A stretch of 64,000 bases of DNA from an uncultured Actinomycetes bacterium (lineage in GTDB: Bacteria > Actinomycetota > Thermoleophilia > Gaiellales > JAICJC01): the NCBI GenBank assembly GCA_963766445.1, contig CAVXZW010000029.1:28681-92680 (forward strand), given 5' to 3'. The notes under the pieces were generated by a model. The model ran no database searches. It was not told the DNA's origin and was given only the letters and a program-made list of their open reading frames with translations. This document shows positions 44,721 to 55,051 of the stretch, piece by piece. Numbering within the stretch: position 1 is the stretch's first letter; every line of letters starts with the position of its first letter. Position numbers and translations under genes: made by a program.

Positions 44721-45332
44721 GTGGACACCGTACGCTCGATCTCCGCGACCCGGTCACCCGGGTCGCTGGTGTCCGTGACGCTGGCATCCGGTGAGCGCTA
44801 CCAGGTCTCCTCGGCCAGGGTGGCCGAGCTGGGACTCGCGGCCGGCGATGAGCTCGACGTGTCGAAGCTCGAGGCGCTGCGGCAGGCGCACACGCTCGAT
44901 CGGGCCGAGCAGCGGCTGCTGCGGCTGCTGGGGACCCGAGCCCGGTCGCGGCACGAGCTGGCCGACCGCCTGGACGCCTGGGGCGTCGAGCCGGAGCGCG
45001 GGGAGCTGCTGCTGGACCGGTTGACGCGTGCCGGCCTGCTCGACGACGAGCAGTTCGCTCGGGAACTGTCAGAGGGTCTCCAGAAGCGCGGTCACGGCAG
45101 CCTGCGGGCACGGCACGACATGGATCGGCTGGGCGTCTCCGAGTCGGCCCGGTCACGGGCCCTGGCAGGCCACGAGCAGGCCGACCAGCAGATCGCCCAC
45201 GATCTGGTGATCGCCGAGTTCGGCCAGCCTCCGTACGACCAGGCCACGGCCCGGCGCGCGGCCGCACTGCTCGTCCGCCGCGGGTTCGACGAGGTCGCCA
45301 TCACGCAGGTGCTCGACCTCGATCCCGAGTAG
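44721..45332 (+). CDS. recX: RecA regulator RecX
   Basis: 203 aa of three-helix repeats ('RLLGTRARSRHELADRL', 'LLDDEQFA') immediately downstream of recA. Confidence 0.85.
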   Translation: MDTVRSISATRSPGSLVSVTLASGERYQVSSARVAELGLAAGDELDVSKLEALRQAHTLDRAEQRLLRLLGTRARSRHELADRLDAWGVEPERGELLLDRLTRAGLLDDEQFARELSEGLQKRGHGSLRARHDMDRLGVSESARSRALAGHEQADQQIAHDLVIAEFGQPPYDQATARRAAALLVRRGFDEVAITQVLDLDPE

Positions 45333-45378
45333 CGCAACAATCACTTCAGCGGGCTGCTTGGCGGCATAGGCTGCCGAG

Positions 45379-45768
45379 GTGTTCGTCAACGGTTTCGTGA
45401 ATCTGTACACGCGCGACATCGAGGCGGGGATCGTGTTCTACCGAGACCTGCTCGGGTTCGAGGAGACGTTCCGGACGCCCACCGACGGCACTCCCGAGCA
45501 CGTCGAGCTGACCCTGAACGGCTTCTCCGTTGGCCTGGGAACGGTCGAGGCGGCGAGGCGAGTCCACGGAGTCGACGCGGCGCCGGGCAGCCCAGCGATG
45601 GTCCTGGTCGTCTGGACCGACGATGTCGACCATGCCTTCGCGGATCTCAGCGCCGCAGGCACCCCCGTCGTCCGACCGCCGCACAACACCGGCACCAACA
45701 ATCGCAGCGCGTTACTGCGCGACCCCGACGGAAACCTCGTCGAGATCGTCTCCAAGCAGCCGGGCTAA
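45379..45768 (+). CDS. VOC/glyoxalase-bleomycin resistance family protein
   Basis: 129 aa with 'FYRDLLGFE' and 'LRDPDGNLVEI'. Confidence 0.8.
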   Translation: MFVNGFVNLYTRDIEAGIVFYRDLLGFEETFRTPTDGTPEHVELTLNGFSVGLGTVEAARRVHGVDAAPGSPAMVLVVWTDDVDHAFADLSAAGTPVVRPPHNTGTNNRSALLRDPDGNLVEIVSKQPG

Positions 45769-45784
45769 CGGCCCGCCACGTGGA

Positions 45785-46522
45785 TCAGGCGACAGGCGCG
45801 TCGGCGTACACCGCCGTCACCGAGGCGCTCACCTGGCTGCGCCCGGGCCGGGTGGGAACGGCCAGGACCCGGGACGGTGCCAGCGCATCCGCAGAGGCCG
45901 CGCCGTACACCGCGTAGCGGTCGTTCTGTTCCTCCTGGATCGACACCACCCCGGTGATGCGCAACCCGGCCGCCGCGGCCATCGCCGCCGCCTGCGAGCG
46001 CGCCCGCTTGACCGCCGCGGCCAGCGCCGCGCGGTAGCCCTGCTGCTTGCTGGCGAGGCTGAACACCGGACCCTCGCTGCTGTGCGCGCCTGCGGTCACC
46101 CCGGCCGCGTCCAGCTTGCCGGCCCGCGAGATGTCGCGCACGGTGACCGTGAGCGACTGGTCGGCCACATAGCCGGCCACGTGCCTGCCGGCGCGCGCCG
46201 CGTACTGGTCGTGGGTCTGCATGTCCCGATCGGCCACGCCGCCGGCGGACATGGCCGCGATCACGGCCCGCATCGCCCGGCTGGCATGGTTCTGGGCGGC
46301 CGCCAGCGTCGGCCCGCGGCCGCGAGTGGTGAACGAGATCACGGCCCGATCGGGCTTGAGGTTGACCGTGGCCGACCCGGTCACGTGCAGCACGTCGCCG
46401 GACGGCGTCGACGCCGCCCGCGCCGAGGCGGTGTCCGACCCCTCCCTGATCGTGGTGTACGCGGCGATTGCAAGTACGCATACCGCCGCCGTCAGCGTCG
46501 CCTGTCGCAGGTGCTCCCGCAT
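45785..46522 (-). CDS. SIMPL/DUF541 domain secreted protein
   Basis: N-terminal signal/TM anchor and a DUF541-like layout ('VTGSATVNLKPDRA...' then 'AVKRARSQAAAMAAAAG'). Confidence 0.7.
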   Translation of the reverse strand: MREHLRQATLTAAVCVLAIAAYTTIREGSDTASARAASTPSGDVLHVTGSATVNLKPDRAVISFTTRGRGPTLAAAQNHASRAMRAVIAAMSAGGVADRDMQTHDQYAARAGRHVAGYVADQSLTVTVRDISRAGKLDAAGVTAGAHSSEGPVFSLASKQQGYRAALAAAVKRARSQAAAMAAAAGLRITGVVSIQEEQNDRYAVYGAASADALAPSRVLAVPTRPGRSQVSASVTAVYADAPVA

Positions 46523-46839
46523 GGCCGTCTCCTCGGCTCGTGAACTGGTCGGTGGTTCGACCGGCCGAGGCCGGCGCCGGTTCCGCCCGCCGTCACAGGC
46601 GTTGCCAGGAGCTTCTCCAGTCGATTACGATACCGGTGGAGCAGGTCTCCGCCTTCACACCATTTCGCCTGCAAACGCAGGAGTTCTTCATGCGATTCGA
46701 CCAGTTGGCCATCACGGGGGGTACGTCCGATGGGCGTCCGCGTGGTGCCGCGCGGATCTGCTGAGGCCGAAAGAAGGCGCCCCGCTCCTGGTGACATCTT
46801 CCACGCCCGCATGCGGGCGAACAGACCGAAGGAGTGACA

Positions 46840-48372
46840 ATGGAGCTGGTGCTGATCGGCCTGGCCGCGCTGATCGTGGGCGTGGGGGCAGGGTTCGCCG
46901 TGCGCGCACGCATCGGTGCCGGGCGGATGGCGGAGGCCGAACGCCAGGCCACCCGCATCCTGGCGGACGCGGAAGGCCGCGCCGAGGCACAGCTGAAGGA
47001 GGCGCGCGTCACCGCCCGCGAGGAGCTGCTCCAGCAGCGCGCCGAGCAGGAGCGAGAGCTGGGCGATCGTCGCGCCGAGATCGCCAAGATCGAGGAACGC
47101 GTCAACGCCCGCGAGGAGATCGTCAGCGGCCGGAGCGACGAGGTTGCGCGCCGTGAGCAGTCGATTGCCGACCGCGAGACGCACGTCAAGCAGATGCAGG
47201 AGGAGCTGAAGGCCGCCAAGGACATGGAGCTGGCCGAGCTGGAGCGCATCTCCGGCATGACCGCGACGCAGGCCAGGGACACGCTGCTGGCCCAGGTCGA
47301 GGAGCGCTGTCGCCACGACATGGCCAAGATCGTGCGGCAGGTGGACGAGGAGACCAAGCTCGAGTCGGATCGCCGCGCCCGCAACATCCTGTCGGTCGCG
47401 ATCCAGCGCACCGCGTCCGGCCATACGGCCGAGACGACCGTATCCGTGGTGCAGCTGCCGTCGGACGACCTCAAGGGCCGCATCATCGGCCGCGAGGGGC
47501 GCAACATCCGCGCGTTGGAGAACCTGACGGGCGTGGACGTGATCATCGACGACACGCCGCAGGCCGTGGTGCTGTCGGCCTTCGACGGGGTGCGCCGCGC
47601 CACCGCCCGCATGACCCTCGAGAAGCTGATCGCGGACGGCCGCATCCACCCGTCCCGGATCGAGGAGATGTACTACCAGTCCAAGGCCGAGATCGAGCAG
47701 AAGATCGTCGAGGCCGGTGAGCAGGCCTGCTTCGAGGCGAACGTGCACGGCCTGCACCCGGAGCTGGTCAAGATCCTGGGCCGCCTGCACTACCGCACCA
47801 GCTACGGGCAGAACGTGCTCAAGCACTCGATCGAGTGCGCGCACCTGGCCGCGATCATGGCCGCCGAGCTGGGCGCCAGCGAGAAGACGGCCCGCCGTGC
47901 GGCGCTGCTGCACGACCTGGGCAAGGCGGTGACGCACGAGGTGGAGGGGTCGCACGCCGTGATCTCGGCCGAGATGGTGCGCAAGTACCGCGAGTCGCCC
48001 AGCGTCGCCCACGCCATCGAAGCCCACCACTACGACGTCGAGCCACAGACCGTCGAGGCGGTGCTGGTGATCGCGGCCGACGCCGTCTCGGCGTCACGGC
48101 CCGGAGGCCGCGGCGAGAGCCTGGAGCACTACATCAAGCGGCTCGAGGCGCTGGAGGAGATCGCGAGCACGAAGCGCGGCGTCGACCGGGTGTACGCGAT
48201 GCAGGCCGGCCGCGAGGTACGGGTAATGGTCAAGCCGGAGGAGGTCGACGACGACACCGCCGCCCTGCTCAGCCACGAGATCGCCCGCGAGATCGAGGGC
48301 CGGCTCGAGTATCCCGGCCAGATCAAGGTGACCGTGATCCGTGAGTCCCGGGCCGTGGACGTGGCGCATTGA
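46840..48372 (+). CDS. rny: Ribonuclease Y
   Basis: ATG at 46840 lies 5 nt after GAAGGAG. N-terminal TM helix, coiled coil, KH domain ('[15 protein letters not shown]') and HD domain ('[13 protein letters not shown]...LLHDLGKA'). Confidence 0.92.
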   Translation: MELVLIGLAALIVGVGAGFAVRARIGAGRMAEAERQATRILADAEGRAEAQLKEARVTAREELLQQRAEQERELGDRRAEIAKIEERVNAREEIVSGRSDEVARREQSIADRETHVKQMQEELKAAKDMELAELERISGMTATQARDTLLAQVEERCRHDMAKIVRQVDEETKLESDRRARNILSVAIQRTASGHTAETTVSVVQLPSDDLKGRIIGREGRNIRALENLTGVDVIIDDTPQAVVLSAFDGVRRATARMTLEKLIADGRIHPSRIEEMYYQSKAEIEQKIVEAGEQACFEANVHGLHPELVKILGRLHYRTSYGQNVLKHSIECAHLAAIMAAELGASEKTARRAALLHDLGKAVTHEVEGSHAVISAEMVRKYRESPSVAHAIEAHHYDVEPQTVEAVLVIAADAVSASRPGGRGESLEHYIKRLEALEEIASTKRGVDRVYAMQAGREVRVMVKPEEVDDDTAALLSHEIAREIEGRLEYPGQIKVTVIRESRAVDVAH

Positions 48373-48453
48373 CCGTCCGCTATGCTGCGAGTCTTACAAA
48401 GTCCTTACATCAGAGCACTGAAGTTCATACACAAGATTCCGATAGTCAATAAC

Positions 48454-48973
48454 ATGAAGGGTCGGGTCACCCTCATCGCATTGCTGCTGACGCTCACCTC
48501 CGCGGTGTCGGCGTCAGCCGCGTCCGGAGCCGTCAGGCTCTCCGCGCACAGCTACTGCGGGTCGCGCTGCGGGCAGGTCGCCGCCGTCCACGGCGCCGGC
48601 ACGCTGCAGCAGTGGGGCACGGGCGTCACCTACGGCACTGTCGGCCAGGGCACGATCGCGATCCTCGACCGCAGCAACAACGGCCACCGCGACTTCAGCG
48701 TCGGCGGCTGGGAGCGCAAGTGGACGAAGAACGGCTTCATCTACTACTCCGGCAAGGGCATGTCTTACCAGGCGTCGACCACGTGGACGGTCAAGATCAC
48801 CGCCTCCTGGGGCGCGTCGACCACGACCACCGCGGTCGGCCGCGGCTACATCCAGGGGCGCGACCAAGAACAACGCGTGGCTGGACACGCACTGGACGCT
48901 CGGCAGCGGCCTCAGCCCCAGCCAGTGGCCGCACTGGCCGACGGCCGGCAAGTCGTTCACGATCGGTCACTGA
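48454..48973 (+). CDS. Orphan secreted protein (signal peptide), one frame break in a GGGG run at ~48855-48858
   Basis: Signal peptide 'MKGRVTLIALLLTLTSAVSASAASG'. The mature part is Trp/Thr/Gly-rich. The C-terminus 'ATKNNAWLDTHWTLGSGLSPSQWPHWPTAGKSFTIGH*' is read in the second frame. No family was recognised. Confidence 0.55.
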
Positions 48974-49008
48974 CCCCGCGTCCCGCCCGACGGCTACGAT
49001 AAGGGCCG

Positions 49009-49704
49009 ATGGCCGAGAAGATCCTGATCGTCGAGGACGAGCGCAACATCGCATCCTTCGTCTCGATGTACCTGAAGAACGCCCGCTACCAGGTCGAGAT
49101 CGCCCGCGACGGCGGCGAGGCGCTGATGAAGGCCGAGAACACCAAGCCCGATCTGGTGGTGCTCGACCTGATGCTGCCCGACATCGACGGGCTCGAGGTG
49201 TGCCGGCAGATCCGCTCCACCTCGGACGTGCCGATCCTGATGCTGACCGCCCGCGACGACGACATCGACAAGATCGTCGGGCTCGAGGTGGGCGCGGACG
49301 ACTACCTGACCAAGCCGTTCAACCCTCGCGAGCTGGTCGCCCGCATCAAGTCGATCCTGCGCCGCGCCACCCAGACCCAGAAGAGCGGCCGACCGCCGGA
49401 GGCCGTGATGGAGCACGGCGCCATCAAGATCGACGCCGGGCGCCGCGAGGTCACGGTCAGCGGCGACCAGGTGCAGCTGGCACCCAAGGAGTTCGACCTG
49501 CTGTGGGAGCTGCTCGACCACCGCGGCCTGGTGCTGACGCGCGATCAGCTGCTCGAGCGCGTCTGGGGTTACACGTTTGCGGGGGACACGCGCACCGTGG
49601 ACGTGCACGTGCGCCAGCTCCGCCGCAAGCTCGGTGACGAGTGCCCGGTTGCCACCGTCTGGGGCGTCGGGTACAAGGTCGCTGACGATGCTCCGGTCAC
49701 TTAG
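49009..49704 (+). CDS. OmpR/PhoB-family response regulator
   Basis: Receiver domain ('ILIVEDE', 'DLVVLDLMLPDIDG', 'LTKPF') plus winged-helix domain ('TRTVDVHVRQLRRKL'). Confidence 0.92.
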   Translation: MAEKILIVEDERNIASFVSMYLKNARYQVEIARDGGEALMKAENTKPDLVVLDLMLPDIDGLEVCRQIRSTSDVPILMLTARDDDIDKIVGLEVGADDYLTKPFNPRELVARIKSILRRATQTQKSGRPPEAVMEHGAIKIDAGRREVTVSGDQVQLAPKEFDLLWELLDHRGLVLTRDQLLERVWGYTFAGDTRTVDVHVRQLRRKLGDECPVATVWGVGYKVADDAPVT

Positions 49705-51098
49705 AACACGGCTGACGCTGCTGTTTGCGGGGACGCTGCTACTGGCGACGGTGATCGCCGGGGCGGCCTCGATCCGGCTCTATCAGAGCTACAACCGCGA
49801 CCAGACGGCCAACGAGCTGCGCTCGCAGGTGGGCGGCGCCGCCGAGTACTTCGACGCGGCCCTGAATGCGTACGGCCACCAACCAGCATCCTCCCACCCG
49901 CGCAACCGTAGGGCAGATCGAAAGCATCTGCGGCTGTCACGTGCTGTACACCGGCAACGTGCCGCCGTTCCCGGTCGGGGACAGACTGATCAGCTTCGCC
50001 GGGAAGGGTGTGGACTGGCAGACCATGCGCCCTGACGACCGGGTCACGTTCCAGTTCCAACCACCGGGCAGCGACCGCACCTACATCGGCGTGGCTGCCC
50101 CCTTGGCCGCGCGGGGTCAGCAGGTGGGGGCGGTCGTGATGGCGAAGCCGCTGGCCGACGTCAACCGCGCCTGGACAAAGGTGGCGGGCCGGGTCGCGGC
50201 CGGTACGGGCATCGGCCTGCTCGTCGCCTTCATCCTGGCTACCTTCGTGGCGCGGCGGATCACGCGGCCGCTGAAGGAGCTGGGCGCGGCCGCCGACCGG
50301 GTCGCCCGCGGCGACCTCGATGTGCACGTGGCCGGCGACGGCACCTCCGACGACGAGCTGGGGCAGCTGGCCCACCGCTTCCAGGGGATGGTCGATCGCC
50401 TGCGCGAGGTGGACGAGCTGGAACGAAACTTCCTGATGCGTGTCACCCACGAGCTGCGCACGCCCGTGACCGCCATCTCGGGCCACGTCCAGGCCATGAA
50501 CGAGGGACTGGTCGGCCCCGAGGACATGGACACGTCGCTCGACGCCGTCAGCGAGGAGGTGCGCCGCATCGGCCGGCTGGTCGACGACCTGCTCGACCTC
50601 ACCCGCCTCGAGGCCCACCAGTTCCGGCTGGTGCGCGAGGAGGTGGGGCTGGAGGCGCTGCTGGAGCAGGCCGCGGCATCATTCCGCGACCGCGCCCGCG
50701 CCAACGACGTCAGCTTCGACACGCCCATCGCCGGCGCGCCCACGATCCTGTCGGACGGCGACCGTGTGCTGCAGATCGTGTCCAACCTGCTCGACAACGC
50801 CTTCCGCTGGACGCCCCGCAAGGGCACCGTCACGCTCAGCTACGCGACCGCCAACTCGACGGCCGCGATCCACATCTCGGACACCGGCCCAGGCATCCCG
50901 GCGGCCGACCAGGACGCCGTCTTCCACCCGTTCTACAGCCGCCGCGGCGAGGGCGGCACCGGGCTCGGCCTGTCGATCGGACGCGAGCTGGCGCACGCCC
51001 TCGGCGGCCGGCTGACCGTCGACAGCGAGGTCGGCCAGGGCACAACCTTCACGCTGTCGCTGCCGTCGAGCCACCTGAACGGGGGCGGAGTGCGCTGA
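49688..51098 (+). CDS. Sensor histidine kinase (TM-sensor-TM-HAMP-HisKA-HATPase), one frame break at 49870-49915
   Basis: ATG at 49688 overlaps the RR gene end. H-box 'RVTHELRTPVTAISG', N-box 'LLDNAFRWTP' and G-box 'GTGLGLSIGRELA'. Confidence 0.88.
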
Positions 51099-51539
51099 TG
51101 CGCTACCGGCTGTGCGACACGGCGCAGGACGTGTCCGGGATCTGCTGTCGAGCTGGAGCTGACGGTCGAACCGTTCGCGGACGAGGTGCCCTACGCGCTG
51201 TCCCTGCACGCCGGCGGCCTGCAGGTCGCCCAGGTCGAGCGCGGCGCCCTCACGCCCGCCGAGCTGTTCGCGCTCGGCCACGCCCTGCTGGACGCCGCCG
51301 CCGACGGGTTCGGCCACTTCGTCCCCGCCGACGAGGTGTTCGGACTCGACCTGGCCCCGCCCAGCGTGCCGGTCGCGTTGCACGAGGTGGGGGTGACGGT
51401 GTGGGTGGACGCGGGCCGCGCGGCCGCGACCAGGGCTACCCGCAGCGGCGTGGCGGTGCAGCTGGTGATCGACGCGCCGTCCCTGGCGATGGTGGCCGAG
51501 TCGGTCTGCGACGACGCCGCGCGCGTGCTCAGCCGCTGA
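51098..51539 (+). CDS. Hypothetical ~146-aa protein translationally coupled to the kinase gene (one frame break ~51140)
   Basis: ATG at 51098 overlaps the HK stop (ATGA). The downstream frame reads '[33 protein letters not shown]...'. No family was recognised. Confidence 0.45.
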
Positions 51540-52065
51540 GGACGGCGGGCAGGCCGAGGTCGCCAGCCGCGGCCACCCAGGCCGCGTGGTCGCGCCCCGA
51601 GAACAGCACGTGGCGCACCGTCCGCACGCTGTCCGACGCGAGCGCCGCGGAGTGGGACACCTCGAGCGCGATCGGAGCCGCCCGTTCGACCGGGTACCCG
51701 AAGATGCCGGTCGAGATGGCCGGAAAGGCCACCGAGGCACATCCCAGCCGGGACGCCACCTCGATCGAGCGGCGATAGCACGAGGCCAGCAGCTCCGGCT
51801 CGCCGTCATCGCCGCCGCGCCACACCGGCCCCACCGTATGGATCACGTAGTCGGCGTGCAGGTCGCCGGCGGTGCTGAACTTCGCGTCACCGGTCTCGCA
51901 TCCGCCCAGCAGCCTGGTCTCGGCCAGGATGGCGGGGCCGCCGGCGCGGTGGATGGCGCCGTCGACGCCGCCGCCGCCGAGCAGCGAGGCGTTCGCGGCG
52001 TTCACGATCGCGTCGGCTGTCTCGCGGGTGATGTCTCCCTGCACCAGCTCGATACTGACGGCCAT
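51529..52065 (-). CDS. Macro-domain protein (O-acetyl-ADP-ribose deacetylase / ADP-ribose binding, YmdB-like)
   Basis: Motifs '[36 protein letters not shown]' and '[14 protein letters not shown]'. Confidence 0.88.
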   Translation of the reverse strand: MAVSIELVQGDITRETADAIVNAANASLLGGGGVDGAIHRAGGPAILAETRLLGGCETGDAKFSTAGDLHADYVIHTVGPVWRGGDDGEPELLASCYRRSIEVASRLGCASVAFPAISTGIFGYPVERAAPIALEVSHSAALASDSVRTVRHVLFSGRDHAAWVAAAGDLGLPAVLSG

Positions 52066-52071
52066 CGCGCG

Positions 52072-53799
52072 TCAGTCCCCGTCGGAGGCCATGGCCAGCT
52101 CGCCGTCAGCCGACTCGACCACGGGGCGCACGTGCTCGCCGCCGTGCACGTACTTGCCGCCCCGGAACCAGGAGGCTGCGGCCGCGGTCACGCAGGCGAA
52201 GATGGCGAAGTCGAAGGCCTCGCTGAGGCCCTGCTCGAACGGCTTGGCGATCAGCTGGGGGAAGTACTGGCGGCTGGTCAGGTAGGCGGCCTGGTGTGGG
52301 CTGAGGTGATTGATCGAGCTGCCCAGCAGCTGGTGCATCGGGTTGTAGCCGAGGAACGACGAGAACAGGAGGCCCACCGGCGGCAGCTGCGAGATGCGCT
52401 GGGCGGCTTCCGGTGCGACGCCCTGGGCGCGGAGGCCCTGGTCGAGCGTGCCCGGCAGCGACCCGGCCAGGCCCAGCACCATCAGCGTGAAGAAGATGCC
52501 GATCGAGAGCACCAGTGCCGAGTTCTGGAACGTGGTGGCCATGCCCGCGCCGGCGCCGCGGCGGTTGGGCGGCAGGCTGTTCATGATGCCGGCCTGGTTG
52601 GGTGAGGTGAACAGGCCCATGCCGATCCCTACCAGCACCAGCAGGGCGGCGAACTCGGGGTAGCCGAAGTTCACGGGCAGCCGCTCCAGCAGGTAGAAGG
52701 AGAGCGCGGCGATCAGCATGCCGCCGGTCGCGAACGGGCGCGCACCGAACCGGTCAGAGAGCAGCCCCGAGGTGGGTCCGGCGGTCAGGAATCCGACCGT
52801 CAGCGGCAGCATGTAGACGCCGGCCCACAGCGGCGTCTGCTCGAAGCTGTAGCCGTGCAACGGCAGCCAGATTCCCTGCAGCCAGATGATCAGCATGAAC
52901 ATCAGGCCGCCGCGGCCAAGCGAGGCCAGCAGGGTCGCGATGTTGCCGAAGCTGAACGCTCGAATCCGGAACAGGGAGAGCCGGAACATCGGGTCCTCGG
53001 TGCGCATCTCGATCACCACGAACGCTGCCAGCAGCGCCAGGCCCACCACCATCGCGCCCACGACGCGCGGGTTCGTCCAGCCCAGGACGTGCCCGCCGTA
53101 CGGCTGGATGCCGTACGTGATCGCGACCAGCACGGCGATCAGCCCGAGGGCGAACGTGATGTTGCCCGACCAGTCGATGCGGGCCTGCTGGCGGATGCCG
53201 CGCTCCTCGAGTTTCATCCAGGACCAGACCGTCCCGAACAGGCCGACCGGTACCGACACCAGGAACACCAGCCGCCAGTCGATCGGACCGAGGATGCCGC
53301 CCACCACCAGGCCGATGAACGAGCCGGCGATGCCGGCCACGGCGTTCACGCCCAGCGCCATGCCGCGCTGGTCGGAGGGGAAGGCGTCGGTCAGGATGGC
53401 CGAGGAGTTGGCGAACAGGAAGGCGCCGCCGACGCCCTGGCCGATGCGCATCACGATCATCCAGATCGCGGCCGGCGGCCCGGTCATCCAGGTCACGGAC
53501 AGGAGCAGCGAGAACACGGTGAAGATCGCGAAGCCGAGCGTGAACATGCGCACGCGTCCGTAGATGTCGCCGACCCGGCCGAAGCTGACCACGAGCACCG
53601 CCGTGGCCACCAGAAAGCCCATGATCATCCACAGCAGGTAGCTCGAGTTCTCGGGCTGCAGCGGGTTGAGGTTGATGCCGCGGAAGATGTCCGGCAGCGC
53701 GATCAGCACGATCGACGAGTTGATCGTCGCCATCAGGATGCCGATCGTCGTGTTCGAGAGCGCGATCCACTTGTAGCGCTCGGGATGGGTGGGGCTCAC
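52072..53799 (-). CDS. MFS transporter, DHA2 (EmrB/QacA-like, 14 TMS)
   Basis: GTG at 53799 overlaps the MerR stop (GTGA). Motifs 'GRVGDIYGRVRMF' (motif A-like) and 'LSDRFGARP', with many TM helices. Confidence 0.85.
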   Translation of the reverse strand: MSPTHPERYKWIALSNTTIGILMATINSSIVLIALPDIFRGINLNPLQPENSSYLLWMIMGFLVATAVLVVSFGRVGDIYGRVRMFTLGFAIFTVFSLLLSVTWMTGPPAAIWMIVMRIGQGVGGAFLFANSSAILTDAFPSDQRGMALGVNAVAGIAGSFIGLVVGGILGPIDWRLVFLVSVPVGLFGTVWSWMKLEERGIRQQARIDWSGNITFALGLIAVLVAITYGIQPYGGHVLGWTNPRVVGAMVVGLALLAAFVVIEMRTEDPMFRLSLFRIRAFSFGNIATLLASLGRGGLMFMLIIWLQGIWLPLHGYSFEQTPLWAGVYMLPLTVGFLTAGPTSGLLSDRFGARPFATGGMLIAALSFYLLERLPVNFGYPEFAALLVLVGIGMGLFTSPNQAGIMNSLPPNRRGAGAGMATTFQNSALVLSIGIFFTLMVLGLAGSLPGTLDQGLRAQGVAPEAAQRISQLPPVGLLFSSFLGYNPMHQLLGSSINHLSPHQAAYLTSRQYFPQLIAKPFEQGLSEAFDFAIFACVTAAAASWFRGGKYVHGGEHVRPVVESADGELAMASDGD

Positions 53800-54248
53800 G
53801 CCTGCGCCTGCTCGATCTCGACCAGCATCGAGCGCACCTTCCGCCGCTTGGCCGACAGCTCGTCCTCCAGCTGCTCCAGCGATCCCAGGCGCGAACGCAC
53901 CAGCAGCAGCTGCGTGTCCATATGCGCGATCGCCTCGCGGATGATGTCGGCACGCGTGCTCTCGTCGGGCGCCGGCTGCTCGTTCCAGCGCTCGCGCAGC
54001 CGCGCGCGGGCGTCCTCCGCGTCCATCCACTCGCGCAGCTCGACCAGGGTCAGGCCCAGCAGCTCGCGCACCCGCAGCAGGTCGCGCAGGCGTGCCTCGT
54101 CGTGCTCGTCGTAGACGCGGTGCGCGCCGTCGGAGCGATCGCTGCCCGGCAGCAGGCCCAGCTCTTCGTAGTAGCGCACGGCGCGGGGCGTGGTGCCGAC
54201 CCGGCGGGCCAGCTCGCCGATCCGGAACTGAGGAGGAGTCATCACCAT
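53796..54248 (-). CDS. MerR-family transcriptional regulator
   Basis: HTH 'FRIGELARRVGTTPRAVRYYEELGLL' followed by a coiled-coil tail. The start could be 54248 or 54242. Confidence 0.85.
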   Translation of the reverse strand: MVMTPPQFRIGELARRVGTTPRAVRYYEELGLLPGSDRSDGAHRVYDEHDEARLRDLLRVRELLGLTLVELREWMDAEDARARLRERWNEQPAPDESTRADIIREAIAHMDTQLLLVRSRLGSLEQLEDELSAKRRKVRSMLVEIEQAQA

Positions 54249-54340
54249 GATTCTCACGATAACGTAAGGTTTGGATCCACGCAAAACCTCACCAATTGCA
54301 GTGATAGAGTGACGCTCATGTCAGAAACCCGGAGGGACAC

Positions 54341-55026
54341 ATGAACATCGACTGGCATGGTCAATCCGCGTTCACGCTGCGCGGCAGCGAGCGTTCGGTG
54401 CTGATCGACCCGTTCGACCAGCGGCTGCGGCCCGAGGGCATGTCCATCCGCTTCGACTACCCCCAGATCCCGCAGCAGCAGGTCGACCTGCTGCTGATCA
54501 CGCATGAGCACTTCGACCACAACGGCGCGGCTGTCGCCGACGGCAGCCCGCAGGTGGTGCGAAGCACGGCCGGGAAGCTTCGACAGCACGCCGGTGGGCG
54601 AGGTGATCGCGATCGCGTCGGAGCACGACGACCAGGCCGGCACGCGTCGCGGGCCCGAACACGATCTTCGTGTTCGCGCTGGACGGCATCCGCGTCTGCC
54701 ACATGGGCGACTTCGGCCAGGCCGCGCTGCGGCCGGAGCAGCGGGAGGCGATCGGCACCGTCGACCTGCTGTTCGTCCCGGTCGGCGGCGGACCCACGAT
54801 CGGCGCCGAGGACGCGGCCGAGATCACACGCGCACTCGACCCGCGCTGGGTGGTGCCGATGCACTACCGCACCGACCTGATCGACTTCCTGGAGCCGGCC
54901 GATGCCTTCCTGGCCGCGTTCGACGATGCGCACACGCCGGGCGCCGGCGGGTTTGACCTGTCCGGCGTGCCCGCCGGCGATCGACCCCGGGTCGTGCAGC
55001 CGGGCCCGGCCGCCGTCCCGGCGTAG
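54341..55026 (+). CDS. MBL-fold metallo-hydrolase, two frame breaks (~54578, ~54655)
   Basis: ATG follows GGAGGG. Motif 'LLITHEHFDHNG' (HxHxDH). Later pieces 'FDSTPVGEVIAIASEHDD' and 'TIFVFALDGIRVCHMGDFGQ...WVVPMHY' lie in two other frames. Confidence 0.75.
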
Positions 55027-55051
55027 GGCCCGCCGCGGATACACTCAGGGC

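Noticed and set aside
43516-45267. 583-aa minus-strand ORF overlapping recA and recX.
   Set aside because: It is antisense to recA, one of the best-conserved genes known, and its sequence is low-complexity.
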